From contig NC_014148.1 of NCBI RefSeq assembly GCF_000092105.1, forward strand, positions 5,190,001-5,222,000: a stretch of DNA of 32,000 bases, read 5' to 3'. A model generated the notes under the pieces. That model ran no database searches. It was not told where the DNA came from and saw only the letters and a list, made by a program, of their open reading frames with translations. A program made the position numbers and the translations under genes. Below, piece after piece: positions 20,242-29,732 of this stretch; within the stretch, counting starts at the first letter, position 1, and every line of letters starts with the position of its first letter. Origin of the DNA: Planctopirus limnophila DSM 3776 (GTDB taxonomy: Bacteria > Planctomycetota > Planctomycetia > Planctomycetales > Planctomycetaceae).

Positions 20242-20529
20242 ATGAAATTCTTCGCGATGTTGGCAGTGACGGCTCTTATGTTTTCGGGGATGGGTGCTGT
20301 GGCGGAAGCTCAGTGGGGTTATCGACCTGTGCGCGTGAATCCAAGGTATCCTGTGCGGGTTTCAACACCGACATATTTTGTGCCGGTTTCGCAAGAGCCA
20401 GTGCGGGTTTCACGCAGCCCGAGAGTGGTTTACGAGCCCATGAATGTGGTCTATTCACGCCGACGGCCCATTCTCGGTGGGTATTCGGTCCGTGTACGAC
20501 CTGCTTACCGCCGCATGGTGATGTGGTAA
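20242..20529 (+). CDS. Small secreted Arg/Pro/Val-rich repeat protein, 95 aa; hypothetical.
   Basis: There is a clear signal peptide (MKFFAMLAVTALMFSGMGAVAEA), then the reiterated units RPVRV / YPVRV / EPVRV / SVRVRP. No family recognised. Confidence 0.55.
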   Translation: MKFFAMLAVTALMFSGMGAVAEAQWGYRPVRVNPRYPVRVSTPTYFVPVSQEPVRVSRSPRVVYEPMNVVYSRRRPILGGYSVRVRPAYRRMVMW

Positions 20530-20662
20530 CGAGGGAGTGTGGGCCGCCCGTTAGTAACGGTTCCTGCTGGTGCGAGAGCTTTCGTTTCCCCCGGAGCAGA
20601 TTCCTGATTAGGATTGGACTGGGTCGATTTGAACCAGCTCTCTCTCCAGTGAACGTTCCCGC

Positions 20663-23437
20663 ATGATGCCTGCCGATGATCACTCTCCCGATGCGTCTGT
20701 CCCTGATGCAGTGATGGGGGAGCATGTAGCCAGCCCTGGCGATGTTTCTCCAGCGGAAACGTTGCCCGCCGATCCTCCGTTCCCGGTGGATCGCGCGGGG
20801 CTGACGCCGATGATGCAGCGGTATCTCGAGGTCAAAGACCAGCATCCTGCGGCTATTCTGTTCTTTCGGATGGGCGACTTTTACGAACTCTTTTACGAGG
20901 ACGCGAAAGTCGCTGCCCGCATTCTGGGGCTGACACTCACCAGCCGCGATAAGAACTCGGAAAACCCAGTCCCGATGGCAGGTTTTCCGTACCATGCTCT
21001 CACGGGTTATCTGCAGAAGATGATCCGTGCGGGACACCGCGTCGCCATCTGTGAGCAGGTCGAAGATCCCAAAGCGGCCAAGGGGATGGTCAAACGGGAA
21101 GTGACACAAATCGTCACTCCCGGCACACTCACCGACGACTCGCTGCTCGACCCGCGTGAAACCAATCTGCTGGCCGCCATCCTTCCCGGAAAAAGCCACA
21201 GTGGCCTGGCCTGGCTCGAACTTTCCACGGGCCGGTTCATCTGTGCCACACTTCCTGCGAGTCAGATACATGATGAACTCGCGCGACTGCAGCCAGCCGA
21301 AGTTCTGACGCCCGAACGATCGCGTGAAGATCTGACGATTGCCCGCATTCGCCTGGGTGCCTGGGCTGTGACCGAACGTCCGCCCTGGGCCTACAGGCCT
21401 GAAGAGGCTCACCGCCTGCTCCTTGATCAATTTGGTGTGGCCACCCTCGAAGGCTTTGGTTTTTCCGGCAACAGTTCATCGACCACACAGGCCACCATCG
21501 AGCCCGGGATCATTGCCGCCGGGGCTTTGCTCGAATACGTGCGGGAAACTCAGAAGTCGCAACTCATTCATCTTTCCCGGCTGGAGCCTTACGAGCCATC
21601 GCAGCATCTGTTGATTGATGAATCGACACGCCGCAGCCTCGAACTGACGCGGACATTGAGATCCAATCAGCGGGAAGGGAGTCTCCTGTGGGCCATCGAT
21701 CAAACGGTCACACCCATGGGTGCCCGGCTGCTCCTCGAATGGCTCTCGAATCCACTCAAAGAGCGCACTGCCATCGAAGCCCGGCTGAACGCTGTGAGTG
21801 AACTGGTGGTTGACCTGCGGACGACACAATCGCTGCAGGAGATCCTCAAAACGGGTTACGACATCCAGCGGCTTACAGCCCGCATCGGGACAGGCCGTGC
21901 CACGCCGCGCGATCTGGTCAGCCTGACGCGCACGCTCAGTCTTTTGCCGCAGATCAAGGCCCGTCTGGCTGGCCGACGATCGACCCTGCTGAATGAACTC
22001 GAAGCGAAGATCGATCTCCATCAGGACTTGCGAGAAGCCATCGAAGCGGCACTGGTCGATGAACCGCCCCTCAATCTGACGGAAGGTGGTGCCATTCGGC
22101 CCGGCTTTGATCCTCAACTTGACGAATGGCGCGATCTGGCGCGTGGTGGTAAAGAATGGATGGCAGCCTATCAAGCCGAAGAGGTCCGCCGGACAGGGAT
22201 CGCGAATCTGAAAGTGGGCTTTAACCGCGTTTTTGGTTTCTATTTAGAATGTAGTGCCAGCCAGGCAGATAAAGTTCCTCCCGAGTATATCCGTAAACAA
22301 ACTCTAAAGAACTACGAACGCTATATCACCCCCGCTTTAAAAGAGTATGAAGATAAAGTTCTGCAGGCCGAAAGCCGGTCGATTGCTCTCGAACAGCAAC
22401 TCTTCAGTGACTTGCGGCAAAAGGTCAGCTCTCGCGCTGCAGAATTGCGAGTAACGGCAGAATCATTGGCTGTGCTCGATGTTCTCTGCAGTTTTGCCAT
22501 ACTCGCCACGCGGCGGCAGTATGTCCGCCCGGAGATCGCGAGTGAACCAGTGCTGGAGATACGACAGGGGCGTCACCCGGTTCTTGATCAACTTTTGCCG
22601 ACAGGTGGATTTGTCCCGAATGATATTCGCCTGGGTGGCTCGAATGGTTTGATCCAACTCATTACCGGCCCCAATATGGCAGGTAAGAGTACATATATCC
22701 GTCAGGCAGCTTTATTAACAATCCTCACACAGATTGGTTCGTTTGTCCCGGCAGAATCCGCCCGGATTGGTCTGGCGGATCGGATTTTTGCCCGTGTCGG
22801 TGCCAGCGATGAACTGGGCCGGGGGCAATCGACATTCATGGTCGAGATGACTGAGACAGCCCGGATTCTGCATTCGGCCACCGCATCGAGCCTCGTGATT
22901 CTCGACGAGATTGGCCGTGGCACCAGTACTTATGACGGGATTTCGCTGGCCTGGGCCATTACCGAGTTCCTGCATGATGCCGTCGGCTGCCGGACGTTCT
23001 TTGCGACGCATTACCACGAATTGACCCAACTGAGTGCTTCACTAAAGTCGGTGATGAACTGGAACGTGGCAGTTCGCGAACATAATGACGATGTGGTTTT
23101 CATGCATCAGATCGTGCCTGGGGCGGCTGATAAAAGTTATGGCATTCATGTAGGTCGGCTCGCCGGCCTGCCGGGTGTGGTGCTCGACCGTGCGCGTGAA
23201 ATTCTGAAAGTGCTGGAAGCCGAGCAGACGGATCATCTCTCGCAGGATCCGGGGAAATCGCGACTGCCAGCGAGAAAAACCCGCCGCTCACGCGAGCAGC
23301 AACTCACACTCTTTGAACTGGCTGAACACCCGATTTTAGAAAAGATCCGCCAGCTCGATGTGCATGGAATGAGTCCCGAAGCCGCCTGGCAGGAACTCGC
23401 CCGCCTGCGCAGTGAGCTTTCAGCGGATAAAGGATGA
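20663..23437 (+). CDS. mutS: DNA mismatch repair protein MutS.
   Basis: [34 protein letters not shown] (mismatch-binding domain), the Walker [21 protein letters not shown], and [12 protein letters not shown]...FATHYHEL. Confidence 0.96.
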   Translation: MMPADDHSPDASVPDAVMGEHVASPGDVSPAETLPADPPFPVDRAGLTPMMQRYLEVKDQHPAAILFFRMGDFYELFYEDAKVAARILGLTLTSRDKNSENPVPMAGFPYHALTGYLQKMIRAGHRVAICEQVEDPKAAKGMVKREVTQIVTPGTLTDDSLLDPRETNLLAAILPGKSHSGLAWLELSTGRFICATLPASQIHDELARLQPAEVLTPERSREDLTIARIRLGAWAVTERPPWAYRPEEAHRLLLDQFGVATLEGFGFSGNSSSTTQATIEPGIIAAGALLEYVRETQKSQLIHLSRLEPYEPSQHLLIDESTRRSLELTRTLRSNQREGSLLWAIDQTVTPMGARLLLEWLSNPLKERTAIEARLNAVSELVVDLRTTQSLQEILKTGYDIQRLTARIGTGRATPRDLVSLTRTLSLLPQIKARLAGRRSTLLNELEAKIDLHQDLREAIEAALVDEPPLNLTEGGAIRPGFDPQLDEWRDLARGGKEWMAAYQAEEVRRTGIANLKVGFNRVFGFYLECSASQADKVPPEYIRKQTLKNYERYITPALKEYEDKVLQAESRSIALEQQLFSDLRQKVSSRAAELRVTAESLAVLDVLCSFAILATRRQYVRPEIASEPVLEIRQGRHPVLDQLLPTGGFVPNDIRLGGSNGLIQLITGPNMAGKSTYIRQAALLTILTQIGSFVPAESARIGLADRIFARVGASDELGRGQSTFMVEMTETARILHSATASSLVILDEIGRGTSTYDGISLAWAITEFLHDAVGCRTFFATHYHELTQLSASLKSVMNWNVAVREHNDDVVFMHQIVPGAADKSYGIHVGRLAGLPGVVLDRAREILKVLEAEQTDHLSQDPGKSRLPARKTRRSREQQLTLFELAEHPILEKIRQLDVHGMSPEAAWQELARLRSELSADKG

Positions 23438-23697
23438 ATCGAATGCCAGCAGGGCGATTCAGGAGATATTCAGCCCGAGTGTCGGTTCAACGTACCTCAT
23501 GACTCCTCCATGAGTGTTTCCAGAAACTACCATGTCAGACAGGACGGGTGGCTAAATGAGGCGAATCGGGTTGCGTGGGAGCCGAGGAAAGTGGCAGAAT
23601 TGTAATGTTATGTAGTAACCAAGAACGTGGTAGTACGCCTTCCGGTTTAAATACGCCGGATCGTCTGTTCGGATTCACGGAAATTTTAGGAATTAGT

Positions 23698-24147
23698 TTA
23701 CTGCGTTTGGTGAACTGTAAAAACAAGTTCTGCATTTAATTTGGCAATCCCGGCTACGCAATCGACGGCAAGTGCAGGTCCGCTTGCATATGGATAGGCT
23801 TGACCGGACCAGTGAACAGTAAACACTGTATCTCCGCCCGTAGCTGCTTTGATGATCACCTCTCGATGCGGCAAAAGGACGCCCAGCAGGAAACGTAAAT
23901 GTTCATTGACGTCTTTCGTTGCAACACGACTTTTGCTACTAAGTAGCCAACAGCCCCGACGACCAGAACTGCGAGCGACACCCTTAGAATCGAAGCTTGG
24001 TGCCTCTGCTGGAATCGTCCAGTCGCCATTGATTCCAAGTTGGCTGGCAAAATTTTCAAAGACGTTACCATCATTGAAAATTGCGAAATCACAGCCCAAA
24101 CACCTACTGCAATTCTTTGCGATGTCGTCAGTCACGAACTTCTCCAA
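23698..24147 (-). CDS. Small cytoplasmic protein, 149 aa, possibly of the DUF4279 family.
   Basis: The layout resembles DUF4279 as I remember it: F.I.nD.....f...LGI......, then CWLLSS....d...HL..LL..L, then a C-terminal ...IAKLNAELVFTV. This family call is from memory only. The gene sits in the lower-GC islet. Confidence 0.5.
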   Translation of the reverse strand: MEKFVTDDIAKNCSRCLGCDFAIFNDGNVFENFASQLGINGDWTIPAEAPSFDSKGVARSSGRRGCWLLSSKSRVATKDVNEHLRFLLGVLLPHREVIIKAATGGDTVFTVHWSGQAYPYASGPALAVDCVAGIAKLNAELVFTVHQTQ

Positions 24148-24264
24148 CCTAACTCGCCGGTTAACTCAGGCGAGGCCAACCATCATCGATTTGGGAAATG
24201 CTCACCCGGTAGGTGCTTCTTTGGTTCGTGGAGTCATTGGTGGAAAATTGGCCAAGCGTGCCGG

Positions 24265-24612
24265 TCAATGTTGCTCACGTGCATACCCCATCTCATCATG
24301 GACCCATCGGTTGCAGTACGCTTTCACACTGGCGACATCGTCACGATTGAGTTCAAGCCACTCCTTGGCGGCCTGACGCATTTTCAATTCAGCTTCGCGA
24401 CTTTCTCCCGGACGACTTTCAACCCAATCGGTGAGTGAACCCCATATCAACCATAATGGAAGCATAAGATCGGGTGATTCCGTCGCTAGGGACATTGCCT
24501 TGCCCCAGATCCTCGACGCAACATCATAGACTGAAGTTTGTCCATTCAGCATACTTTGCATTTCGAATTCGATCTCGCGCAGGCCGCTTAAGACTTTTGT
24601 GTCATTGTACAT
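24265..24612 (-). CDS. Small hypothetical protein, 115 aa, acidic and Trp-rich.
   Basis: An ORF with coding-like composition in an operon-like array with its neighbours. No family recognised. Confidence 0.55.
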   Translation of the reverse strand: MYNDTKVLSGLREIEFEMQSMLNGQTSVYDVASRIWGKAMSLATESPDLMLPLWLIWGSLTDWVESRPGESREAELKMRQAAKEWLELNRDDVASVKAYCNRWVHDEMGYAREQH

Positions 24613-24658
24613 ATGGTTGAGTCATGAACAGCGGCCATCACTCAGTCGCCGCCAAAAA

Positions 24659-25237
24659 CTATGATTGAAAATCACGGTTGCCCGCCGACTTGGGTGGATT
24701 GCTCAGTTCGTTGCAGTTATGTATGGCTTTGATGAGGCGCAGCTCAACGGTTACTCGGTTCTTGCGGATTTGATCCATCAGGCATGTAGCATCCAAAAGA
24801 GGGCACTGAAAGTCGCCATTGATTCTACCATGCCGAAAACAGTTGCGAGCAAGGGTGTGCCGATTACATCCAACATGGAATGTTCGAACTTGGGGATCGT
24901 AGACAATCATGAGTTCGGGATTTGACGATAACGAGTCAAACCAATCCTCGCCCCATTCTTGTAACCCGAGTCCATCGTCGTGCGGAAGGAACTTGCCGCC
25001 AGAGATTTTCGCGTTGTCATTAGACGGATCAAACGTCTCGAACAGGAAGATTTCTTTGCGAGAGTCACACAGCCGCACGAGTTCAGCCCGGTCATCTTCC
25101 TTAAGACTTACCCACCATTTGTCGGCATCGGCGACAAGAAGTGCCGGTAGAGAATCACGCAATGATCTCGGCATCATGACCATGTCTGTTCCCCGTAGAT
25201 TAAGGCGGCGAAAGATGGAGTTAACAGGCGTTGCCAA
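24659..25237 (-). CDS. Hypothetical protein, up to 192 aa. A Cys/His cluster near the C-terminus may bind metal.
   Basis: An ORF in the same array. The cluster reads HVGCNRH...C..H....C.....C. The start is uncertain: alternative Met codons lie at residues 19, 21 and 22. Confidence 0.55.
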   Translation of the reverse strand: MATPVNSIFRRLNLRGTDMVMMPRSLRDSLPALLVADADKWWVSLKEDDRAELVRLCDSRKEIFLFETFDPSNDNAKISGGKFLPHDDGLGLQEWGEDWFDSLSSNPELMIVYDPQVRTFHVGCNRHTLARNCFRHGRINGDFQCPLLDATCLMDQIRKNRVTVELRLIKAIHNCNELSNPPKSAGNRDFQS

Positions 25238-25303
25238 AGCGGCGCCGTGAAAGAGACAAGAGTTATAGATCGATTGTGTGAGAAGTGGCTCAAAGACGGA
25301 ACG

Positions 25304-25624
25304 TCAAAGTTGAACGTCGTTTTCGGCATCTTCGCCCCAGGGGATGTTCAGTATTTCCGCACGACGCTTAAGGATAGCGTCACCCGCCGCTTGAAGATCG
25401 GGAAAGCAAAGTTCAGACGGTACAACCTCTTCTGACTGTTTCGCTGGGCCGATTTGAAAAAATTCTCCACGTTGATACTCCACGTCATATTCGGCGAGGT
25501 CGTATTCCTCGCATTCCTTAACACAAATGAGAGCAAGCTCGTGATTGTCTGACTGCAGATGGAATGAGAATTCCACACGTTTATTCGCAATCAAATTTTG
25601 GGCAAGTCGATCGATGGAAATCAT
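25304..25624 (-). CDS. Small acidic hypothetical protein, about 106 aa.
   Basis: The track ORF runs 25304-25930, but its first 102 codons are Arg-rich and look non-coding. The internal ATG at 25624 (MISIDRLAQNLIANKRVEF...) gives a compact acidic protein. Confidence 0.45.
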   Translation of the reverse strand: MISIDRLAQNLIANKRVEFSFHLQSDNHELALICVKECEEYDLAEYDVEYQRGEFFQIGPAKQSEEVVPSELCFPDLQAAGDAILKRRAEILNIPWGEDAENDVQL

Positions 25625-26211
25625 CGTGATGCCTAACAGGTATTCGACCACCGAAGTGCAGAAGTGTATTACCGTACTACGGGGTGTGGCACGGACTTGT
25701 AAAAACTGACGCTTTAGGCTGGCAAATGATTTGCGACGGATCGCCGACCTTGTATTCACGTTACACCGCAATTGCCGTCCATACGACGCCGTAATCCCCA
25801 AAAACGAAAATTGACGTCCAAAGAGCCGTCGCTTTGGTCGCAAGCCATTGGCTGCCTCAGCGAACCACGACTTTTGGAATAAACTGCGAATGCCGGAAGA
25901 CTCAAGCACTTGGCGTATCGTACTGAGCAATCCAGCGTGGCAGGCGCTAACCGGGTCATCCTGTTTGATAGCAAGCCATCACGTCCGATGACCTGGGGGC
26001 CAACGAGGATGTTTGACTCCAGATTGTGGTGGGACATCCACACAGGCTTTGTTGTCTGTCATTGATGGAGCAGGGCGTGGGACTGGGGAGATACAGTTTT
26101 ACAGGACATGATTCTTGAGAAACTGCGTGCTGCGTGTTCTGCTGGAGTTTGTGAAAGTGTTTCCACGGGATCTGATACGGATTGCAGTATTCAACTGCGC
26201 TATTTGGTATG

Positions 26212-26295
26212 GGGTGGCTGGGGCCAAACGTCTTCGCGAACCCCCAGCTCGTGCCGAAAATCGCTGGGGGTTCGAAGACTCAACCCCAGCCACCC
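26212..26295. repeat. Nested and alternative inverted repeats built from four GCTGGGG/CCCCAGC units. Candidate structured RNA leader or attenuator-like element.
   Basis: The outer 12-bp perfect arms are gggtggctgggg (26212-26223) and ccccagccaccc (26284-26295). The inner 12-bp perfect arms are cgaacccccagc (26237-26248) and gctgggggttcg (26263-26274). The element ends 41 nt upstream of the ATG at 26337. Confidence 0.6.
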
Positions 26296-26336
26296 GCCCA
26301 GCAGTTCTTTATTGGAATCCGCATAAGAGGTGCAGT

Positions 26337-27134
26337 ATGTTTCGTTTCAGCAGGCTCCTGCCATTTGCCGTCATGTCATTACTGCTGACGCTGGTTGCCG
26401 CCGTTGGTCTCCCGTGGATGCTGTCACTGCGTGAGTTGGCTCGTAAGACGCAATGGAGAAATAACTATAAAATGGCCGGTCTGGCCCTTCATAATTATCA
26501 TGACACATTTAACATGTTCCCCCCAGGCGGTGTCTTTCGAGCTGATGGCACTCCGTTTCAAGGTTGGATGTTTTCGATTGCTCCATTTTTAGATGCTTCG
26601 CCATTCTATTCTGAAGTGACAAGATTTAGTAAACCATGGGATGACCCCGAAACATTGGGCTACTACATGTATAGTAATTATCCAGTGCATGACTATACTT
26701 GCCCCGCAAAAACAAGGCTTCGTGGGCCGATGACGATATGTCACATGGCAGGCAACTCGTGGATCTTGCATCGTAACAGCAGCGTCAATTTCGAAAAGAT
26801 CGGCGATTCTGCACATACCATGCTCATCGCTGATGCTGCTGAACCTTATGAAGTCTTTGGTTCAACGACCAATTGGCGCGATCCGGAATTGGCACGCAAT
26901 ACCGGCCCGCAGTCTTTCGGGAATTGCTTTCCGGGTGAGACCTTTGTGCTTTTAGCCGATGGAAGTGTGATTCAGGTGCCGCTCGTCGAGAATGAACGCT
27001 GGAAGCTGCTGCGTGGCCGGGAGGAACTTCGTCCTGATCCGATGGCGACCCAGCGTCCTGATACTCCCTGGGAACTGGGCGATCGTCCCTACGTTCCTCG
27101 CGACATTCGCGAACGACGGAACCGAGATAAATAG
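26337..27134 (+). CDS. Divergent DUF1559-like protein that lacks the canonical prepilin G-FTLIE motif.
   Basis: [65 protein letters not shown] parallels the DUF1559 N-terminal region of the 9684-10745 protein. There is a C-terminal LLADGSV (DG motif). The start is placed at the in-frame ATG at 26337 rather than the track start at 26115. Confidence 0.7.
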   Translation: MFRFSRLLPFAVMSLLLTLVAAVGLPWMLSLRELARKTQWRNNYKMAGLALHNYHDTFNMFPPGGVFRADGTPFQGWMFSIAPFLDASPFYSEVTRFSKPWDDPETLGYYMYSNYPVHDYTCPAKTRLRGPMTICHMAGNSWILHRNSSVNFEKIGDSAHTMLIADAAEPYEVFGSTTNWRDPELARNTGPQSFGNCFPGETFVLLADGSVIQVPLVENERWKLLRGREELRPDPMATQRPDTPWELGDRPYVPRDIRERRNRDK

Positions 27135-27230
27135 AAGGTCGCAAGGCTGCCGATCGCACGTGGTGGTTTTATATAGATAAAGTGAAGGTTGCGGTCTGGC
27201 GGCGTGCATTGTGGCGGAGATGGAGTTCAC

Positions 27231-27257
27231 CACGAAGGACACGAAGAGCACGAAGGA
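27231..27257. repeat. Tandem 9-mer repeat, three copies: cacgaagga cacgaagag cacgaagga.
   Basis: Read directly from the sequence. It lies in the convergent intergenic region between the DUF1559-like gene and the PBP2 gene. Confidence 0.8.
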
Positions 27258-27357
27258 CGGAGTAGACATCAGTTGGAAGTGCTACTGAGCTGGTGGTGAA
27301 TGTGGATATTTAAATCCTGTCTTTCGTCAACGATGGGCTTGGCACCTGAAACAAGAG

Positions 27358-29658
27358 CTAGTCTTCGTTCTTCGCCAGGCTGCCTGAGGGGATCAGGCCC
27401 AGTTGATGCATACGGCGGATGACTTCCCGTGCCATGGGGCCAGCCTCTTTTCCGCCGCTTCCTCCATGTTCCAGCACCACCACAATGGCATAGCGCGGCG
27501 GAGAGGCAGGAGCATAGCCTGCAAACCACGCATGATCGGCGACACCACTTCCTGCCTCGGCAGTCCCGGTCTTGCCGCAGATCTCGACTTCTTTCAGACG
27601 CACGGTCTTATAGGCGGTTCCTTGAGCATCATTCACCACTCGATACAACCCGTGACGAACCTCTTTCAGCGTCTGAGGAGCGAGTGAAGGCTTTCGCACG
27701 TTCGTGCGAGTGGTTTCTCCAGAAGTCTCCGCGAATGATGTCACCAGCAGGGGGCCTTGATCGGTCTTGAGCCGGGGAGTGAGGAGTTCTCCACCATTGG
27801 CAATGGCCGCCATAAAGCGAGCCATTTGCAATGGCGTCACCTGCAGCCGCGATTGACCAATGGCCAGGCCTAATGTATCGCCGGGATACCACGGTTCGCG
27901 GGCCGAATTCGTTTGAGGCGATGGCAGATGACCAGCCTGTTCAAAAGGGAGGTCAATTCCTGTGAGTTGGCCAAAGCCGAATTGCCGGGCTTGTTCGACC
28001 AGTGGGCTGGGCCCCAGCATGCGGGCCAGCTTGAAAAAGTAAACGTTGCATGACTGGCAAAGTGCATCTGAGAGATCTGTCGAACCATGGCCGACGCCAT
28101 AATGCCGGAAGATGAGGCAGCGATCGCGCTGTGGTTGATCCAGATACCCGGCACACTCGATGGCCGACTGCGCCTTCATGCCAGCCTCCAGACCGGCAAT
28201 TGCCGTGAGAGGCTTAAAGGTCGAACCCGGTGCCAGTGCCATGCGTGTGACGCGTTGATAGAGTGGCCGCCGGACATCGCCTGTTAACTGAGCCCACTCC
28301 GTGGCTGAGGGGTTCGTCAGGACATTCGCGTCATAGCCCGGAGCACTCGCTGCGGCAATCACCTGGCCAGTGCGGACATCGATCACGACGACACTTCCGC
28401 CCTGAGGTGATGTCAATCGGGTTGGCTTTTGGGGATTGTCCACATCATTCGTTGATGAGTCGCCTGGCGCATCGATCACATCGGGCAAGAGGGCTTGTTC
28501 CAGCAGAGCTTCGGCAGTGCGCTGGACTTCGACATCAAGTGACAGATACAGGTCGGCTCCGTGCCTCACTTCGCGCGTCATGACTTCTTCAACAATCTGC
28601 CCGCGTCGATCGAGTGTCAGCCGTTTCAAGCCCCTCAAGCCGCGCAACTGAGCGTCATAAGCCAGTTCGAGGCCACTGCGGCCTATGGCATCTCCCGTGC
28701 GATAATCGAGGGGATCACCTTGTGGCCACTGTTTGGTACGTTCCAGTGCTTCTTCTTCGCGCAAAGGAGTCCGCACACCGAGCAAATGGCTGGCCACCTG
28801 CCGGGCTGGATAAGTGCGGTGATGGCGGACGCGAACTTCGAGCCCGGGGTATAACTCCGGGTGTGCCAGAATCTCATCGGCTGCCGCTTTGGGGAGCGTA
28901 TCGAGCACTCGCTGTGGTTCAAGTTCTTCGGCCAATATCAAAGGCCCGTTTTCTGCACGAGGTGGCGGCGTGGTTAACTCATGCTGAAACTCCTGCCATA
29001 ACTTTTGGCCCCAATCGAGCCACGCCGTCACAGCATGTGGTGAAGATTCTTCCGCAATTGATCGTGTTGGCTGTATTGATCGTGTTGGCTGTTCGGTCAC
29101 TGGCTGCTGCTGAATCTGTTTCTCGAGCACAGCCTGCTTCATTCGTTCGATCCGGGTCTGCACACTCTGGCGTGCTTGATCGAGTTCTTCCGGCGTCACA
29201 CCCGTGACATGGGCAATACGTTCCCACAATTGACGGCGTTCGTTGAGGAGCGTGGTGGTCATCGTAGCGACTTGCTTGTCATCACGTCGTTGCCGCCGGG
29301 ATAACCGACTATTCGCCTGCCGCTTGAGCCAGTCCGGATGAGGCGGTTCTTCCAGCCATCGGTAGTGCACCCAGAGTTCGAAGTTCTCTTCATCGACAGC
29401 CAGTAACGAGCCATCTGAGGCGAGAATACGACCATTGCGAGCCGGAATCTCGACGATCCGAGTGGTAGTAGCCTCAAAAACGTGAGTGAACTCTGCCTGA
29501 CGATAGACCTGCAACTGCACGAGGCGATAGCCAATTGCCAGTGAGGGGAGCAGGAAGATCAGTAGCAACACTCTCAGCCGCTGGCCGGGATGATCCAGCC
29601 AGCCATATGTGGGAGCCTCCGGCTCCAGCCACTGAGATTGAAGTGAATTCCGCATCAC
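27358..29658 (-). CDS. mrdA: Penicillin-binding protein 2 (class B peptidoglycan D,D-transpeptidase), elongated at 766 aa.
   Basis: There is an N-terminal TM anchor. The transpeptidase motifs are GSTFKP (SxxK), SCNVYFF (SxN; the SC[DN]xYF form is typical of PBP2) and KTGTAE (KTG). Confidence 0.85.
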   Translation of the reverse strand: MMRNSLQSQWLEPEAPTYGWLDHPGQRLRVLLLIFLLPSLAIGYRLVQLQVYRQAEFTHVFEATTTRIVEIPARNGRILASDGSLLAVDEENFELWVHYRWLEEPPHPDWLKRQANSRLSRRQRRDDKQVATMTTTLLNERRQLWERIAHVTGVTPEELDQARQSVQTRIERMKQAVLEKQIQQQPVTEQPTRSIQPTRSIAEESSPHAVTAWLDWGQKLWQEFQHELTTPPPRAENGPLILAEELEPQRVLDTLPKAAADEILAHPELYPGLEVRVRHHRTYPARQVASHLLGVRTPLREEEALERTKQWPQGDPLDYRTGDAIGRSGLELAYDAQLRGLRGLKRLTLDRRGQIVEEVMTREVRHGADLYLSLDVEVQRTAEALLEQALLPDVIDAPGDSSTNDVDNPQKPTRLTSPQGGSVVVIDVRTGQVIAAASAPGYDANVLTNPSATEWAQLTGDVRRPLYQRVTRMALAPGSTFKPLTAIAGLEAGMKAQSAIECAGYLDQPQRDRCLIFRHYGVGHGSTDLSDALCQSCNVYFFKLARMLGPSPLVEQARQFGFGQLTGIDLPFEQAGHLPSPQTNSAREPWYPGDTLGLAIGQSRLQVTPLQMARFMAAIANGGELLTPRLKTDQGPLLVTSFAETSGETTRTNVRKPSLAPQTLKEVRHGLYRVVNDAQGTAYKTVRLKEVEICGKTGTAEAGSGVADHAWFAGYAPASPPRYAIVVVLEHGGSGGKEAGPMAREVIRRMHQLGLIPSGSLAKNED
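29057..29092. repeat. Perfect 18-bp tandem duplication (attgatcgtgttggctgt, two copies) inside the PBP2 gene. It is in frame and encodes QPTRSI-QPTRSI.
   Basis: Read directly: the copies are 29057-29074 and 29075-29092. The protein reads ...VTEQPTRSIQPTRSIAEE... Confidence 0.9.
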
Positions 29659-29732
29659 AAGTTTTGGCTAATAGTGGAATCGAGGATTCGAAGTGTCTGT
29701 ATTTGGTACAGCGATGGATGCCACCTGTCCCG

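Noticed and set aside
20276-22174. Minus-strand ORFs of 384 aa and 232 aa.
   Set aside because: Both are antisense to mutS, and their translations are Arg/Gly/Pro-rich with no motifs.
25625-25930. 102-codon N-terminal extension of the 208-aa ORF.
   Set aside because: The translation is Arg/Ser-rich and looks non-coding. The internal ATG at 25624 gives a compact acidic protein that fits its neighbours.
26115-26336. 74-codon N-terminal extension of the DUF1559-like ORF.
   Set aside because: It runs through the nested inverted-repeat element and precedes the hydrophobic leader that aligns with the DUF1559 N-terminus. The ATG at 26337 is preferred.
26952-27269. 105-aa minus-strand ORF starting MSTPSFVLFVSFVV.
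   Set aside because: Its N-terminus is simply the translation of the intergenic 9-mer repeat, and the rest is antisense to the 3' end of the DUF1559-like gene.
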